A DNA stretch of 64,000 bases, from IMG/VR virus record IMGVR_UViG_3300050034_000334. One strand, 5' to 3'. How positions within the stretch are numbered: the first letter of the stretch is position 1; each line of letters starts with the position of its first letter. The notes beneath the pieces are model-generated. The model was not told where the DNA came from, did no database searches, and was given only the letters and a program-made list of their open reading frames with translations. The position numbers and the translations under genes were made by a program. Source of the DNA: a virus. Taxonomy: Duplodnaviria; Caudoviricetes. Below are positions 54,755 through 64,000 of this stretch, one piece after another.

Positions 54755-57700
54755 TCACTCCCTTATGAATGAGTCCGGAACCCGAATCGCATTGACGTCT
54801 GTGAAGGTGACGACCTGTCCTTGGTACATCGCCTTGACCTTGTTGGTTCCGATTCCCAGAGACTCGCGCAAAGCCTTGGCGTCAGCCGCCGTCAGGTTCC
54901 GAAGTTCGGGAATATCAGCCTTCGCCGGCAACTTGAGGTTTGGTTTGGGTTCAGGCTTCGCCTCAGGAGGCTTTACAACAACCTTCCGTACAGGGATATC
55001 CAGTAGAAGCTCGTTCTCGTCGATCTGAGTGCCTTCTGCCTCAGCGATTTGTTTGTGTAGTTTACCGATCTCGCTGCGGAGATTGTCCTCGTCATCGAGT
55101 TTGGTGTCGAGTTTCTTGTTCAATTCCTCAACGATGCTGACAACTTGCTTGCGTTCCACGATTTCCCTGGCCTGTTCTGCGATCTGCTCTCTATCTTCAA
55201 GAGTAATCGGCTTGGGAATGTCCGTGGTGAACTGAATCTCCAACTGCTCATCCTCTCCTAGAATCGGAAGCTCGGGACGCTTGACATTGATGTCAAGAGG
55301 AATTGCACCGATATATCCGAACACCGGCATCAGGCCGCGATCAGCAGGAGTGAGACCACACCGGGCTTCGAACTGCTCGAGGGTCTCCAACTTGTCATCC
55401 TGATCCTCAGGGATTTCATCAGTCTTCCAGAATTCATGAAGCTGGAGTCCGATGATGAGATACTTGCGCATCTCCTTGCCATCCTTGGCCGCGAAGATGT
55501 GCTTGGAGGCTTCCTCGAAAGCACGAGTGTGCAAGTTCTCCTTGAGCCAACCCTTGACCTTCTCGCGACGTTTCTCATCACCAGACTTGAGAGCAGTGAG
55601 CAGTGCCCTGACCGTGTCAATGTCGAACTCTTCCGGAACATAGTTCTCCATGCCAGGGATCTCCGACCAGCCGGCAGGCTTGTGGCCGTCATCGCCGGTC
55701 AAGTGGTGTTCAACATCCCAGCTGCGACCGTACTCAGTGTCACACTCCAAAGGGACGCGCCAGTTCATCGAGGCATGATACTTCCTCAACTTCATGAGGC
55801 GAGTCAGCCTCGGCAGAATGAATGGAGCGTACTCGTTCTTGAATGAGAAGTCGATCTCATCGTGGACCGAACCATGCATCAACAACACTGCTTGTACCAT
55901 AGGATCCTTTTCTGCTGCCCACTTGCGGATTCGATTGAGCGTGATGCGCATGAAGTCGCCAGCGAGACCCTGCATCGGGACATTGACAGCAACTCTCTGA
56001 ATCTTCCCCATGAATTGGTTGTAGTCACCAACATTTCGAACGCCAGTTTCTGGCGTCTTCCACATTATGTCGGCGCGGTCGCGAAGTTCCCGGAAAGTCT
56101 CCTTGTCCTTGGACTTCTCAGCCAGGGTGGCCGCCTTATCCAACCGACGATATTCCCAATAATTGTCCATCTCGTGCTTGGTCGGATTGTGAATGCCCAG
56201 GGCTGACATCGCTGAATCAAACTTGATGATTCGTCCAGTCGCTGTCTGACACGTCATCTTCTCCTTGGCAATGGCTTGCTTGCGGTCGCAGTACTCGCGG
56301 AAGACCGGCACTCCAGCCCAGTAGGCATCCACCATCTCCTGTGCATGCTCAAAGGTGATGTTGGGATCCTTCTTCTTCATGTTCTCGAAGATCGTGTAAG
56401 CCGTTCCGCCGTACAGCAGGGCGAAGTTGAGGATCTTGGCGAGAGCACGATAGCTCTTCTTGGTCGCCTTGTCGATGTTCGGGTCGTTGAACTCAGGGAA
56501 GACCTTGCTGGCGGTCAGACTATGGAAGTCTCCTGATCCCTCCAAGAATTCCTTGATGAATTCCGGCTCGCCTGAGATGTTCGCTGCCACACGCATTTCG
56601 ACGTTGCTGTAATCGATAGTGGCGAACGTCCAACCCGTAGGAGCCTTGAACATGGCGCGGAGGTTGATGACCTCATTGGCATCCATGCGCCCATTCTCGA
56701 TGAGAATGCCATAGTTCTTTGCGCAGGTCTTACAACCGGGCACCAGGCAGATCGCATATCCCAGGTACTGCCCGATGTGATTCTTGATGATGTTCGGAGC
56801 CTTGACCTTGTACTCTTCCTTCTTACTGTCAAAGATCTCCTTGACAATAGCTCGCCCATCCTTGTCGACCATGGGCTTGGTATCCCAATCGAGGACCGGC
56901 TCCTCCCCAATCTTGGTCTTGATTGTCCTCTCTTCCGTCTTCCAGCACGACGGGTGAAGGTCTTCCGGAGCGTGCTCCTCGACGCTCTCGGGGTCTACGT
57001 TGTCTGGCTCGAGGACATTACCCTTGACCCACCAGTTGCCTTCCACGCGCTTGATACCCTGAATGTTGAGACCGAAGCCGCCGTCGACTTCGTACTTGCC
57101 ACCTGTCGCTGACAGACGGCCACCGGCCACGACGCAGGATCTCAGATAGATTCGAGCGGTGTGATCCTTGGGGTCGAAGTGAAGGTTCTCAGGGTGGAGG
57201 GCGACATATGCCTTGTACTTGCCATAGGTCTTGAGGAAGATGTTATCAGGGTAGATCTTCGCTAGATCCGAGATGGTCTCAGCATCACACGAAGGATCCT
57301 GGGTCTTCTTGGAGCGCCGCAACACACGGAGCTTCATGGTCTGGAACAACAGCTTGGCCATCTGTTTGTTGCTGTCCGGGTTGAACTGCTCTCCATCCTC
57401 TTCCTTGTACCCGGCTTCGATAGCAATTCCACGCAGCCGTGCCCGGTCAACTTCCAGCTTGGCTTGGTGCCACTTCACTGTACGCTTATGGCGGTCCGTG
57501 TCCACGATGTACCGCTGCCGCTCAATCCACGTGAGCGAGTCTACCAGTTCGTGGTCAATGCGATGTACCAGCTTCAGCTTCCGGGCCTCATCCTTCAGCT
57601 GCCACCAAAGTAGCCAGGTGCAGATTGCGTCACTGGCAGCGTACCAGTATGCGATGTCAGTCGGAATCCAAGTGAACGGGACATACTGAATGCGAGTCGT

Positions 57701-58663
57701 GGTCTTTCCGGTCTCTGGATTGAAGAAATCTGCACTGACCTTGCCGATCTGGTCCAGTTCAATCTGGTCGATGCCCAGCTTGATGAGCGAGAGATTCTTC
57801 AAGCCGCCTGTGTCGCCGGTGTACTGTCCCTTCTTCTGGTCACCAAGGTCTGCTTTGGGGTCGTTCAGATAGTTGAAGACCTGAACGTCCTCGAAGAATG
57901 GATAGGGGCGCATGTCTATGCCCAGGGTCTGACGGATGACCTCACGATCGAATTTCGCGTGGTAGAACACCAGGTGACAGTTATTGAACAGATGCTGGAG
58001 GATCCTGTGGCAATCTTCACGGGAGACGTTGTGGCCATCTGCGTGATTGATGGGAACGTAGATTCCCTCAATGCCATCGGCTGAAAGGCAGATGCCGGCG
58101 ATCTCCATCTTCACTTCATAGATGGGAACCCAAACCTCGTTGCCACTGGTGTCTCTGGCCTGCACCAGATCGATCATGACACGAGTGTCCAGCGTGATGG
58201 TCTCAGTGTCGCAGGCGACTACCGGGAGAACCTGACCAGAGGGCGTGGGATGATGGAGAGAAGTGTCATGCAGAATCTTCTCCACCCATCCCTCAAGTTC
58301 CTGGGCTGAGTCGACCCGGCGAAGCACCTTGGAGGCCATCCACGGTCTCTTCAACTTCTCAATGTCGAGGGTCTTCAGCAGAGCGCGGAACACAGTCCGT
58401 AGATCCTTGGGCTTCTTCTTGGCCGCTGGCTTCTTGGATGCTGCCGGAACAGTTACCTTGACATCGTCGTCACTGATATTCTCTTTCTTGACCCGCGTCT
58501 TGCGTGGCTTCTTGAGCTCAGTTACAGCACTGACCAGCTTGTCCACAGCTTCGACGATCTCTTCTTTGAGAGCAACCTTCTGCTCCCGTTCTTCCCAGTC
58601 TTCTTCCTCTTCGTCATCCGTCCATTCAGGATGAGCTACCTCATCAATGTCATCTTCACTCAT
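54755..58663 (-). CDS. polA: Family A DNA polymerase with 3'-5' exonuclease
   Basis: ACDTET, FYHAKFD, YAASDA; IDYSNVEMR, RALAKILNFALLYG, VHDEI. Confidence 0.92.
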   Translation of the reverse strand: MSEDDIDEVAHPEWTDDEEEEDWEEREQKVALKEEIVEAVDKLVSAVTELKKPRKTRVKKENISDDDVKVTVPAASKKPAAKKKPKDLRTVFRALLKTLDIEKLKRPWMASKVLRRVDSAQELEGWVEKILHDTSLHHPTPSGQVLPVVACDTETITLDTRVMIDLVQARDTSGNEVWVPIYEVKMEIAGICLSADGIEGIYVPINHADGHNVSREDCHRILQHLFNNCHLVFYHAKFDREVIRQTLGIDMRPYPFFEDVQVFNYLNDPKADLGDQKKGQYTGDTGGLKNLSLIKLGIDQIELDQIGKVSADFFNPETGKTTTRIQYVPFTWIPTDIAYWYAASDAICTWLLWWQLKDEARKLKLVHRIDHELVDSLTWIERQRYIVDTDRHKRTVKWHQAKLEVDRARLRGIAIEAGYKEEDGEQFNPDSNKQMAKLLFQTMKLRVLRRSKKTQDPSCDAETISDLAKIYPDNIFLKTYGKYKAYVALHPENLHFDPKDHTARIYLRSCVVAGGRLSATGGKYEVDGGFGLNIQGIKRVEGNWWVKGNVLEPDNVDPESVEEHAPEDLHPSCWKTEERTIKTKIGEEPVLDWDTKPMVDKDGRAIVKEIFDSKKEEYKVKAPNIIKNHIGQYLGYAICLVPGCKTCAKNYGILIENGRMDANEVINLRAMFKAPTGWTFATIDYSNVEMRVAANISGEPEFIKEFLEGSGDFHSLTASKVFPEFNDPNIDKATKKSYRALAKILNFALLYGGTAYTIFENMKKKDPNITFEHAQEMVDAYWAGVPVFREYCDRKQAIAKEKMTCQTATGRIIKFDSAMSALGIHNPTKHEMDNYWEYRRLDKAATLAEKSKDKETFRELRDRADIMWKTPETGVRNVGDYNQFMGKIQRVAVNVPMQGLAGDFMRITLNRIRKWAAEKDPMVQAVLLMHGSVHDEIDFSFKNEYAPFILPRLTRLMKLRKYHASMNWRVPLECDTEYGRSWDVEHHLTGDDGHKPAGWSEIPGMENYVPEEFDIDTVRALLTALKSGDEKRREKVKGWLKENLHTRAFEEASKHIFAAKDGKEMRKYLIIGLQLHEFWKTDEIPEDQDDKLETLEQFEARCGLTPADRGLMPVFGYIGAIPLDINVKRPELPILGEDEQLEIQFTTDIPKPITLEDREQIAEQAREIVERKQVVSIVEELNKKLDTKLDDEDNLRSEIGKLHKQIAEAEGTQIDENELLLDIPVRKVVVKPPEAKPEPKPNLKLPAKADIPELRNLTAADAKALRESLGIGTNKVKAMYQGQVVTFTDVNAIRVPDSFIRE

Positions 58664-59315
58664 AGACGAACTCCTTGGCCTTATGCCGTCTTACTCGAGC
58701 AACGATATCTGAGCCTAACACTTCCGCCAAGGCTTTCACTCGTTTTGTCTCGTCATGCTCTTGCTGGGCTTCGAAGTAAATACGCAGGTACTCTTCAGCT
58801 AACTCGTAACTCTTGTTCGCCATAACATCCTTGCGTGCGAAGACTATGTACAAGCTCGATAAATCCTCGAACTTGAGAGGTACGATGATGTCCTCGTCTT
58901 CAGGAGGTAAGTTAGACTGTAGAGGAGGCAGGTTATAGGATCTCTCCAGCCATTCCATCGCTTTGGGCCGGGAGATGCCACGTATCTTTGCCACAAAAGT
59001 GACAAGGGTGTAGGCAGCTGAACAGCCAAAGCAGTAACCCATGTTGCCGCGTGCTGGAGGATAGATGTAGAACGATGGTGTAGAGTCCGTTCCGTGGAAG
59101 GGGCAACTAATGGCATGCCCATGCTTTCCAGTTAGGTCTTCTACAACATCCGAGAATAGAATCTCTGTCTGTACCCGCTCGTTTCGACGTTCCCACAGTT
59201 CGGGGTCACTTACACGAACCGACCTGTCGTACAATTTCTTCAGGTTTTCTTTGCTGAATTCGAACTCTTCGAAAACTTCGGAATCAGACAGGTTGGGAGT
59301 GCTGTCTTCTGGCAT
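58656..59315 (-). CDS. Stand-alone CHC2 zinc-finger (primase N-terminal-like) protein
   Basis: ISCPFHGTDSTPSFYIY..YCFGCSA. Confidence 0.8.
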   Translation of the reverse strand: MPEDSTPNLSDSEVFEEFEFSKENLKKLYDRSVRVSDPELWERRNERVQTEILFSDVVEDLTGKHGHAISCPFHGTDSTPSFYIYPPARGNMGYCFGCSAAYTLVTFVAKIRGISRPKAMEWLERSYNLPPLQSNLPPEDEDIIVPLKFEDLSSLYIVFARKDVMANKSYELAEEYLRIYFEAQQEHDETKRVKALAEVLGSDIVARVRRHKAKEFVYE

Positions 59316-59340
59316 CTCAATCCTCTAGTTGACTAATACT

Positions 59341-59370
59341 TACCCGATTCTCAGATAAGATTGGTAGAGA
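59341..59370 (+). promoter_or_regulatory. Phage promoter motif TACCCG-N18-TAGAGA
   Basis: ATG 59376 lies 5 nt downstream. Confidence 0.75.
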
Positions 59371-59375
59371 AGTGT

Positions 59376-59558
59376 ATGGAATACTTCGTCTACAAGACTG
59401 GCGTGCAGGTATCGAAGGTCTACTACGCTCTTCGTTCCAATGGAGATCAGTACTGGACTCCTTCATTCAAGAAGAAGGCCACCTTCTGCCTGACTGCGGC
59501 ACGCAAGTTAGCTCGTGCTGAGAAGGCTGAATTCAGCATCGTTCCAATTCTGGGCTAG
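59376..59558 (+). CDS. Small hypothetical protein
   Basis: MEYFVYKTG; leaderless-type start. Confidence 0.6.
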   Translation: MEYFVYKTGVQVSKVYYALRSNGDQYWTPSFKKKATFCLTAARKLARAEKAEFSIVPILG

Positions 59559-59979
59559 ATCAGTTCAGATCCAGCGAACCAGAAACTGATCTCGACTTGT
59601 GCGGATGAACTGCTGTCTGACCCATGGATGGCGTTCTCACGCACGACAGCACCGCCGAATTGAATTGACGACGTAGAGTACCCTCTGCAGCCTTTGCCGG
59701 ATCTGTAGCTCCCATCAGTTTCCGCAAATCGGCAATCGCATCTTCTTTCTCAAGCACCATGAGGAATAGCGGTCCCGATGCCATGAACTCTGACAGTGGC
59801 TCGAAGAAGGGTTTGCCAGCGTGCTCTCGATAGAAGTAGTCAGCCTGAGATCGAGATATTGTAGTTTTCTTGATGGTGATGATGGAGAATCCAGCCTTTT
59901 CGATTGCGGCTAGGATTGCACCAGTGAAACCTCTTCGCACAGCATCAGGTTTGATAATGCTGAAAGTTCTCTCTATCAT
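59555..59979 (-). pseudogene. ndk: Nucleoside diphosphate kinase, frameshifted by 5-bp duplication
   Basis: [26 protein letters not shown]; deleting one GAATT (59657-59666) restores [23 protein letters not shown], 139 aa. Confidence 0.85.
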
Positions 59980-59989
59980 TTGTGCTCTC

Positions 59990-60169
59990 CTAGGCTGGAG
60001 TCATCTCATTTGCCAACTCAGTCATAGTCTCGACTGAATCAGCCGTACCTGACCACACCAGTCTCATCCATTTGTCGTTCTCACAAGATTCTTGATACTC
60101 AGCATCTGTGAGAACGACATAGAATGGATTGTACGAGCACGGTATATGAACGATGTGGAACCGTTTCAT
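59990..60169 (-). CDS. Small hypothetical protein
   Basis: ATGA overlap with upstream gene. Confidence 0.55.
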   Translation of the reverse strand: MKRFHIVHIPCSYNPFYVVLTDAEYQESCENDKWMRLVWSGTADSVETMTELANEMTPA

Positions 60170-61614
60170 ACAACAGACTCCAGGCAAATGGTCAAATCGT
60201 CAACTGTCTCGATAGTCACATTCGTAGTGACTTCCCTCTTCTTGTAGGGCTTCCGCTGCTTGGGAACAGTCGATCCCTTGAGGAAACAGTCCTTGAGCAC
60301 CCGCATACGATTACGAGCACGATTGAACTCCTGCTCTGTCATGCTCATGTCTTCCATAGCCTCCCGATAGTTGCCGGCTTGGGCAATGGCTGCCATGACT
60401 TCCAACAGTTCAGGATCGGTCTTGTTCACGAAACAACGATACTCCTCCAAGAAGATCTTCACATCCTCGGAGACTGGCTTGAAGGGCTGAACGCAGTGGT
60501 GGTGGACATACTCATCGTCGACAACTTCGGAGTACTCCTCTGCCGGCATGCCCAGGACCAAGTTGCCCATTGTACAAATGGGATTCTTGGACTGCTTGCT
60601 GTAGATGGTGCTGTACCGATTGCTCAAGCAGTTCTTGACATAGTTGAAGAAACGACGAGCAGAAGCTCCATACTGGAGGATCGGGTCAAAGATCTGTATG
60701 ACATCCTCACAGCCTTCGGGATGCCAGCGGTGACTACCGGGCTGCCTGTACTTGCTGCTCGGAGGAAGGTAACGAAGGTGCATGAGCAGGTCAGCTTCCC
60801 AGTCTTCAACATCCATGTCGACCGAGATCCTGTGAATCCGTTTCATGACCCAACGACGGGTGTATTCAGGGTATTTCATGTAGAACTCGCCAAAATCGCG
60901 AGGAACCACGAAACCGTCATCACCAACGAAGTGTCCATCCTCATCAGTAGTGAAGGAATCCCCAGAATAGGGCTTGGTTTCCTCTTCAACAGCGGCCTCA
61001 ACCTCGAGATCCTCATCCTCTTCATCAGGAGGAGCAAGTGGAGTGACCACAATCACAGTTGCCGCTGGTTCCAGTTTGTGGAGCAAACGTGTGAGCCACT
61101 CTCCCTCTTGAATAGAAGAGCAGGGGCCTCCTCTGGGTGGCCAGCTTTTCTCGCCTTCCAGCAGGAGAAGATCCTTGGTGAGTTCAGTAGAAGAGACAGG
61201 AATCCACTCGACATCGTAGAAATGAGAGTAGTTGTCATTCCCGTTGCCGGTACTGTCATGCTTGTCTTTTTGGTACTTGTAGCCAGAGGTGATACGACCC
61301 AGGCCGTGTAGACCATACTGCACGTTGGGCACCACCACAATCATCCCAGGTTTCAGTGAGAGAAAGTTGGTGAAGTTGCGCTTGGCCTTGTTCTGATTCT
61401 TTAGAGCAGAGATGACCACCTGCTCGTTTTTGTCGTTGAGTACAGTTTCCTCTTGAATGTTCTGTTCGATGAGAGCGTGAACTTCGGCTAGTGACTTGCC
61501 CGTCAAATCGAATTCTGGCAGCCATCCTATGGCGGCATAACCACCATCAAGGAAACGCTTGAAGGCAACCTTCTGGTTGCTCCCGGAAGGGGCGATTGTT
61601 GCATAATGTGACAT
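60166..61614 (-). CDS. Fusion of Mrr/McrB-N-terminal-like domain and sigma-factor-like domain
   Basis: GYAAIGW..FL.LKPG.IVVVP..GRITSGY..YDVEW; DVEDWEADLLMHL..FFNYVKNCL..NYREAMEDMSMTEQEFNRARNRM. Confidence 0.55.
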   Translation of the reverse strand: MSHYATIAPSGSNQKVAFKRFLDGGYAAIGWLPEFDLTGKSLAEVHALIEQNIQEETVLNDKNEQVVISALKNQNKAKRNFTNFLSLKPGMIVVVPNVQYGLHGLGRITSGYKYQKDKHDSTGNGNDNYSHFYDVEWIPVSSTELTKDLLLLEGEKSWPPRGGPCSSIQEGEWLTRLLHKLEPAATVIVVTPLAPPDEEDEDLEVEAAVEEETKPYSGDSFTTDEDGHFVGDDGFVVPRDFGEFYMKYPEYTRRWVMKRIHRISVDMDVEDWEADLLMHLRYLPPSSKYRQPGSHRWHPEGCEDVIQIFDPILQYGASARRFFNYVKNCLSNRYSTIYSKQSKNPICTMGNLVLGMPAEEYSEVVDDEYVHHHCVQPFKPVSEDVKIFLEEYRCFVNKTDPELLEVMAAIAQAGNYREAMEDMSMTEQEFNRARNRMRVLKDCFLKGSTVPKQRKPYKKREVTTNVTIETVDDLTICLESVV

Positions 61615-62004
61615 GGCGTGTATCCGTTTCGTGAATTGTGGAGATAACGGACACGTGTAGCGAGGGGACTGAGAGTCAGTCAGCACACTGAGAATGATTC
61701 AGCCGAGAGGCACACATGTAGTGATTGGTTTGTTTTGGACCTGTTATCAGTCAGGTTGCGCCAGAGCATACAGTTAGTACTCGGAAATCAGAAAACTGGG
61801 CAATACACGATTTGCCAAAGTTTACTGAAGAGATACCGGAGGAGAGTGCTCAAGAGGGAACATTAGGACTCTCTCATGGCCTGATGAATAGTGATTCATT
61901 TTGACCTACTTCTGTTTGATGAGAAACTATCATAGTTCTTATATGCGGGTTACGCCGCAAATTTGAATGTTTATTTTCTATTTATAAGAACCATATCACC
62001 ATGG

Positions 62005-63936
62005 TTATCCTCTGCGGTGATAAGGATTGACGACTGGTTTTACACCGTTCGTTCCGGACATATGGGAGATTTTCCTCATGCGTTCGAGCACCTGGAGATC
62101 ACGCGAAGATACTGCCTCAATGTGTAGGATTGGCTTGGGTGGAATAGAGGCTTGTTTCTGCATAATCAGGCTCTGCCCAGTTGGGTCCAACCTCAGTCGT
62201 CCATCTGTATCCAAGTACTGCTGAGCTAACAAGGCAACGAGGGCTGCGGAGTCGCACATATCGTCGTGGGCACCCTTCTCTTCCGGGGCCTCAACTCGAA
62301 TCTGGTACTTGTTGATCATCTCAGCTTCAACGTTCTTCAGTTCATTGAAGAACTTGGGCACGTTGGGAAGCTGACATAGTCCCTGATCAATATAACCCTT
62401 CAGGGTGAAGTACATTTGAGAGTTGATCTGGGAGTTGAGGTGGACACCCTCCATGGTGGTGATTCCCAAAATGTGAAGCAACTGTACGAGAAGGCGACCA
62501 CCATGCTGGTCAGTCTGGCCACGGAAGCAGGGTAGTACATTATGCATGTAGACGAGCCAGGAGGCAATCTCCTCAAGGACAAGCTCTTTGTGATTGACAT
62601 ACCGATTCATACCATCCCCAGTGGGAACACCGGGGCCTTCAAACTTCTCACCAACCATCATGCGATCGATGTAGTCGTACACCAGCATGATGCCCTTGGG
62701 AGTGACTTCGAGGTGTCCAATCGCCAGAGCCGTGGCGTCATTCTTCATACCCAGATCAAGTCCCCAGAAGTAGTTGTATCCCAGACATTCCGGAGAGAAC
62801 TGGATGATGTTGTCTCTTTCGACCTTGCACTTCTCAATTGAGATTCCAGAGACATACGTTTCAGACGATTCTAGGAACTGACCTCCATACTCTGCTTTCC
62901 ATGTCAGAGGAGCGGTCTTCAGCTTGTTGTACAGGAACTCACTATCTGCGCGGGGGTTCATTTCAGCCGTTCCCACACGCATGGTGAAGATGCCTGATCC
63001 TACACCGCCTTCCATGGCGATGGTGTGAATGTCGTACATCTTGCCCATCTTCTTCCAAGGTGAAGAGATGGATAGAATCAGGGCCTCGCGCTTGCCATCA
63101 TGCGTGAACTGCATGGTCGCGGGGTTGGCAGCTTCGTACACTTCTTCGGAGCTTGATCCCTTGTCACTGCGGAAGTGAGCGAACTCATCCAGAACCAAGA
63201 CAAGTGACGATGGACCACGCACCGCTGTGGAGGTACAAGCCAGAGACATCACGTTGACGGTTGGGGTGATCTGAGTCTTGTGCCGGTCAGCCTCGGTCAC
63301 GAACCCCAAGGAGGTTGTGCTGCCTCCCTTGAGATATGGCTTGAAGAACGGAGTCTTGTTTACCTGTTCGCGGAGTTTCGCAAAGATGCGGCCTGCACCA
63401 TCTTCATCCTGAGCGAGGAACGTGAAGTCGATGGGTGAACCCTCGTCCAGATCGTAGTATTCCTGTGGGGAACGAACATGGAGCAGCTTGTAGAGTTCGA
63501 AAGCTCCAATGGCTGATACCAATTGGCTCTTTCCACCTCTGCGACCAGCAAAGACAGTAGACTCACGGAAACCATTGGGTGGGAGATCTCGCCAATCTCT
63601 TACATTGCAGCGTCCCTCATCATACACCCACTTGAGATAGTCCTCTTCAGCCGTTGGTCCGGTGAACTCATGAAGCAACTTGTCACGGAACTTGTCATAG
63701 ATGGGAACTGATTTCCAGACTTTATTGGATTCGCAGATGGGCTTGTAATCGAAAGGGATGGCATAGATGCAGCGAACGATGACTCTCTGGACTGGATACA
63801 GAGACATGTTCAGACCAGAGGAAGACTCAATGAAATCCAGGGCATTCAGTATGTCACCCTGATTCAGTTGCTGGTCGACCAGCTGTCCTAGGACTGAGTC
63901 CTGCGCTGCTTTACTGAAGCGATTTGTAACTGCCAT
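62005..63936 (-). CDS. terL: Terminase large subunit
   Basis: Walker A AGRRGGKS, Walker B LVLDEF, ISSP, AEYGGQF, GLDLG, HDDMCDS. Confidence 0.92.
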   Translation of the reverse strand: MAVTNRFSKAAQDSVLGQLVDQQLNQGDILNALDFIESSSGLNMSLYPVQRVIVRCIYAIPFDYKPICESNKVWKSVPIYDKFRDKLLHEFTGPTAEEDYLKWVYDEGRCNVRDWRDLPPNGFRESTVFAGRRGGKSQLVSAIGAFELYKLLHVRSPQEYYDLDEGSPIDFTFLAQDEDGAGRIFAKLREQVNKTPFFKPYLKGGSTTSLGFVTEADRHKTQITPTVNVMSLACTSTAVRGPSSLVLVLDEFAHFRSDKGSSSEEVYEAANPATMQFTHDGKREALILSISSPWKKMGKMYDIHTIAMEGGVGSGIFTMRVGTAEMNPRADSEFLYNKLKTAPLTWKAEYGGQFLESSETYVSGISIEKCKVERDNIIQFSPECLGYNYFWGLDLGMKNDATALAIGHLEVTPKGIMLVYDYIDRMMVGEKFEGPGVPTGDGMNRYVNHKELVLEEIASWLVYMHNVLPCFRGQTDQHGGRLLVQLLHILGITTMEGVHLNSQINSQMYFTLKGYIDQGLCQLPNVPKFFNELKNVEAEMINKYQIRVEAPEEKGAHDDMCDSAALVALLAQQYLDTDGRLRLDPTGQSLIMQKQASIPPKPILHIEAVSSRDLQVLERMRKISHMSGTNGVKPVVNPYHRRG

Positions 63937-64000
63937 ACAGATGGGTTCTGTATTTCATTTTCAATGGAAAATGATCAGAATCCGTACTTCGATCCTGGAG

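Larger units (their letters stand above)
3101..64000. mobile_element. Large tailed-phage genome segment (prophage or phage contig), extends beyond right edge
   Basis: Terminase, portal, PolA, rIIA/B, homing endonucleases, many short overlapping ORFs, shared promoter motif; no integrase in window. Confidence 0.9.

Noticed and set aside
54755-63936. Inteins in polA, portal or terL
   Set aside because: No C/S-start and HN-C/S/T-end splice motifs or LAGLIDADG blocks in the insertions.
1-64000. CRISPR array, DGR or retron
   Set aside because: No regularly spaced repeat-spacer array, reverse transcriptase or template/variable repeat pair was seen.
1-64000. Alternative genetic code (stop-codon reassignment)
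   Set aside because: Long conserved genes (polA, terL, portal, rIIA) are uninterrupted in code 11 and end at TAA, TAG or TGA.

Overview
The first ~3.1 kb looks like bacterial host DNA, possibly Acidobacteria-like. It is visibly more GC-rich and carries a membrane-anchored PP2C-fold protein and a beta-rich lipoprotein. From a terminator at ~3.1 kb to the end, the window is part of a large tailed-phage genome (prophage or assembly junction). It encodes terminase large subunit, portal, family A DNA polymerase, a stand-alone primase-type Zn finger, rIIA/rIIB, Ku plus ATP-dependent ligase, RlpA, Dps, a frameshifted NDK, a thymidine-hypermodification-type protein, five GIY-YIG and two HNH endonucleases, and five large mosaic 'polyvalent' proteins. 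Three signals are not explained by gene annotation. (1) At 26.9-28.1 kb an uncharacterised gene has four GAYTGA hexamers before its SD. It is followed by a ~375-nt structured RNA with related hexamers and a circularly permuted tRNA-like module (T arm, acceptor stem with NCCA, then D arm, no anticodon loop). (2) A promoter-like motif TA[ACG]C[CT]G-N18-TAGA[GA][AT] occurs ~15 times, and in 10 cases sits 5-6 nt before an ATG, implying leaderless mRNAs. (3) Domains in the mosaic proteins are consistently separated by [KRH]-x-A-[ASG] motifs, suggesting protease-processed, capsid-packaged effector polyproteins. All calls come from reading the sequence; no database searches were run.
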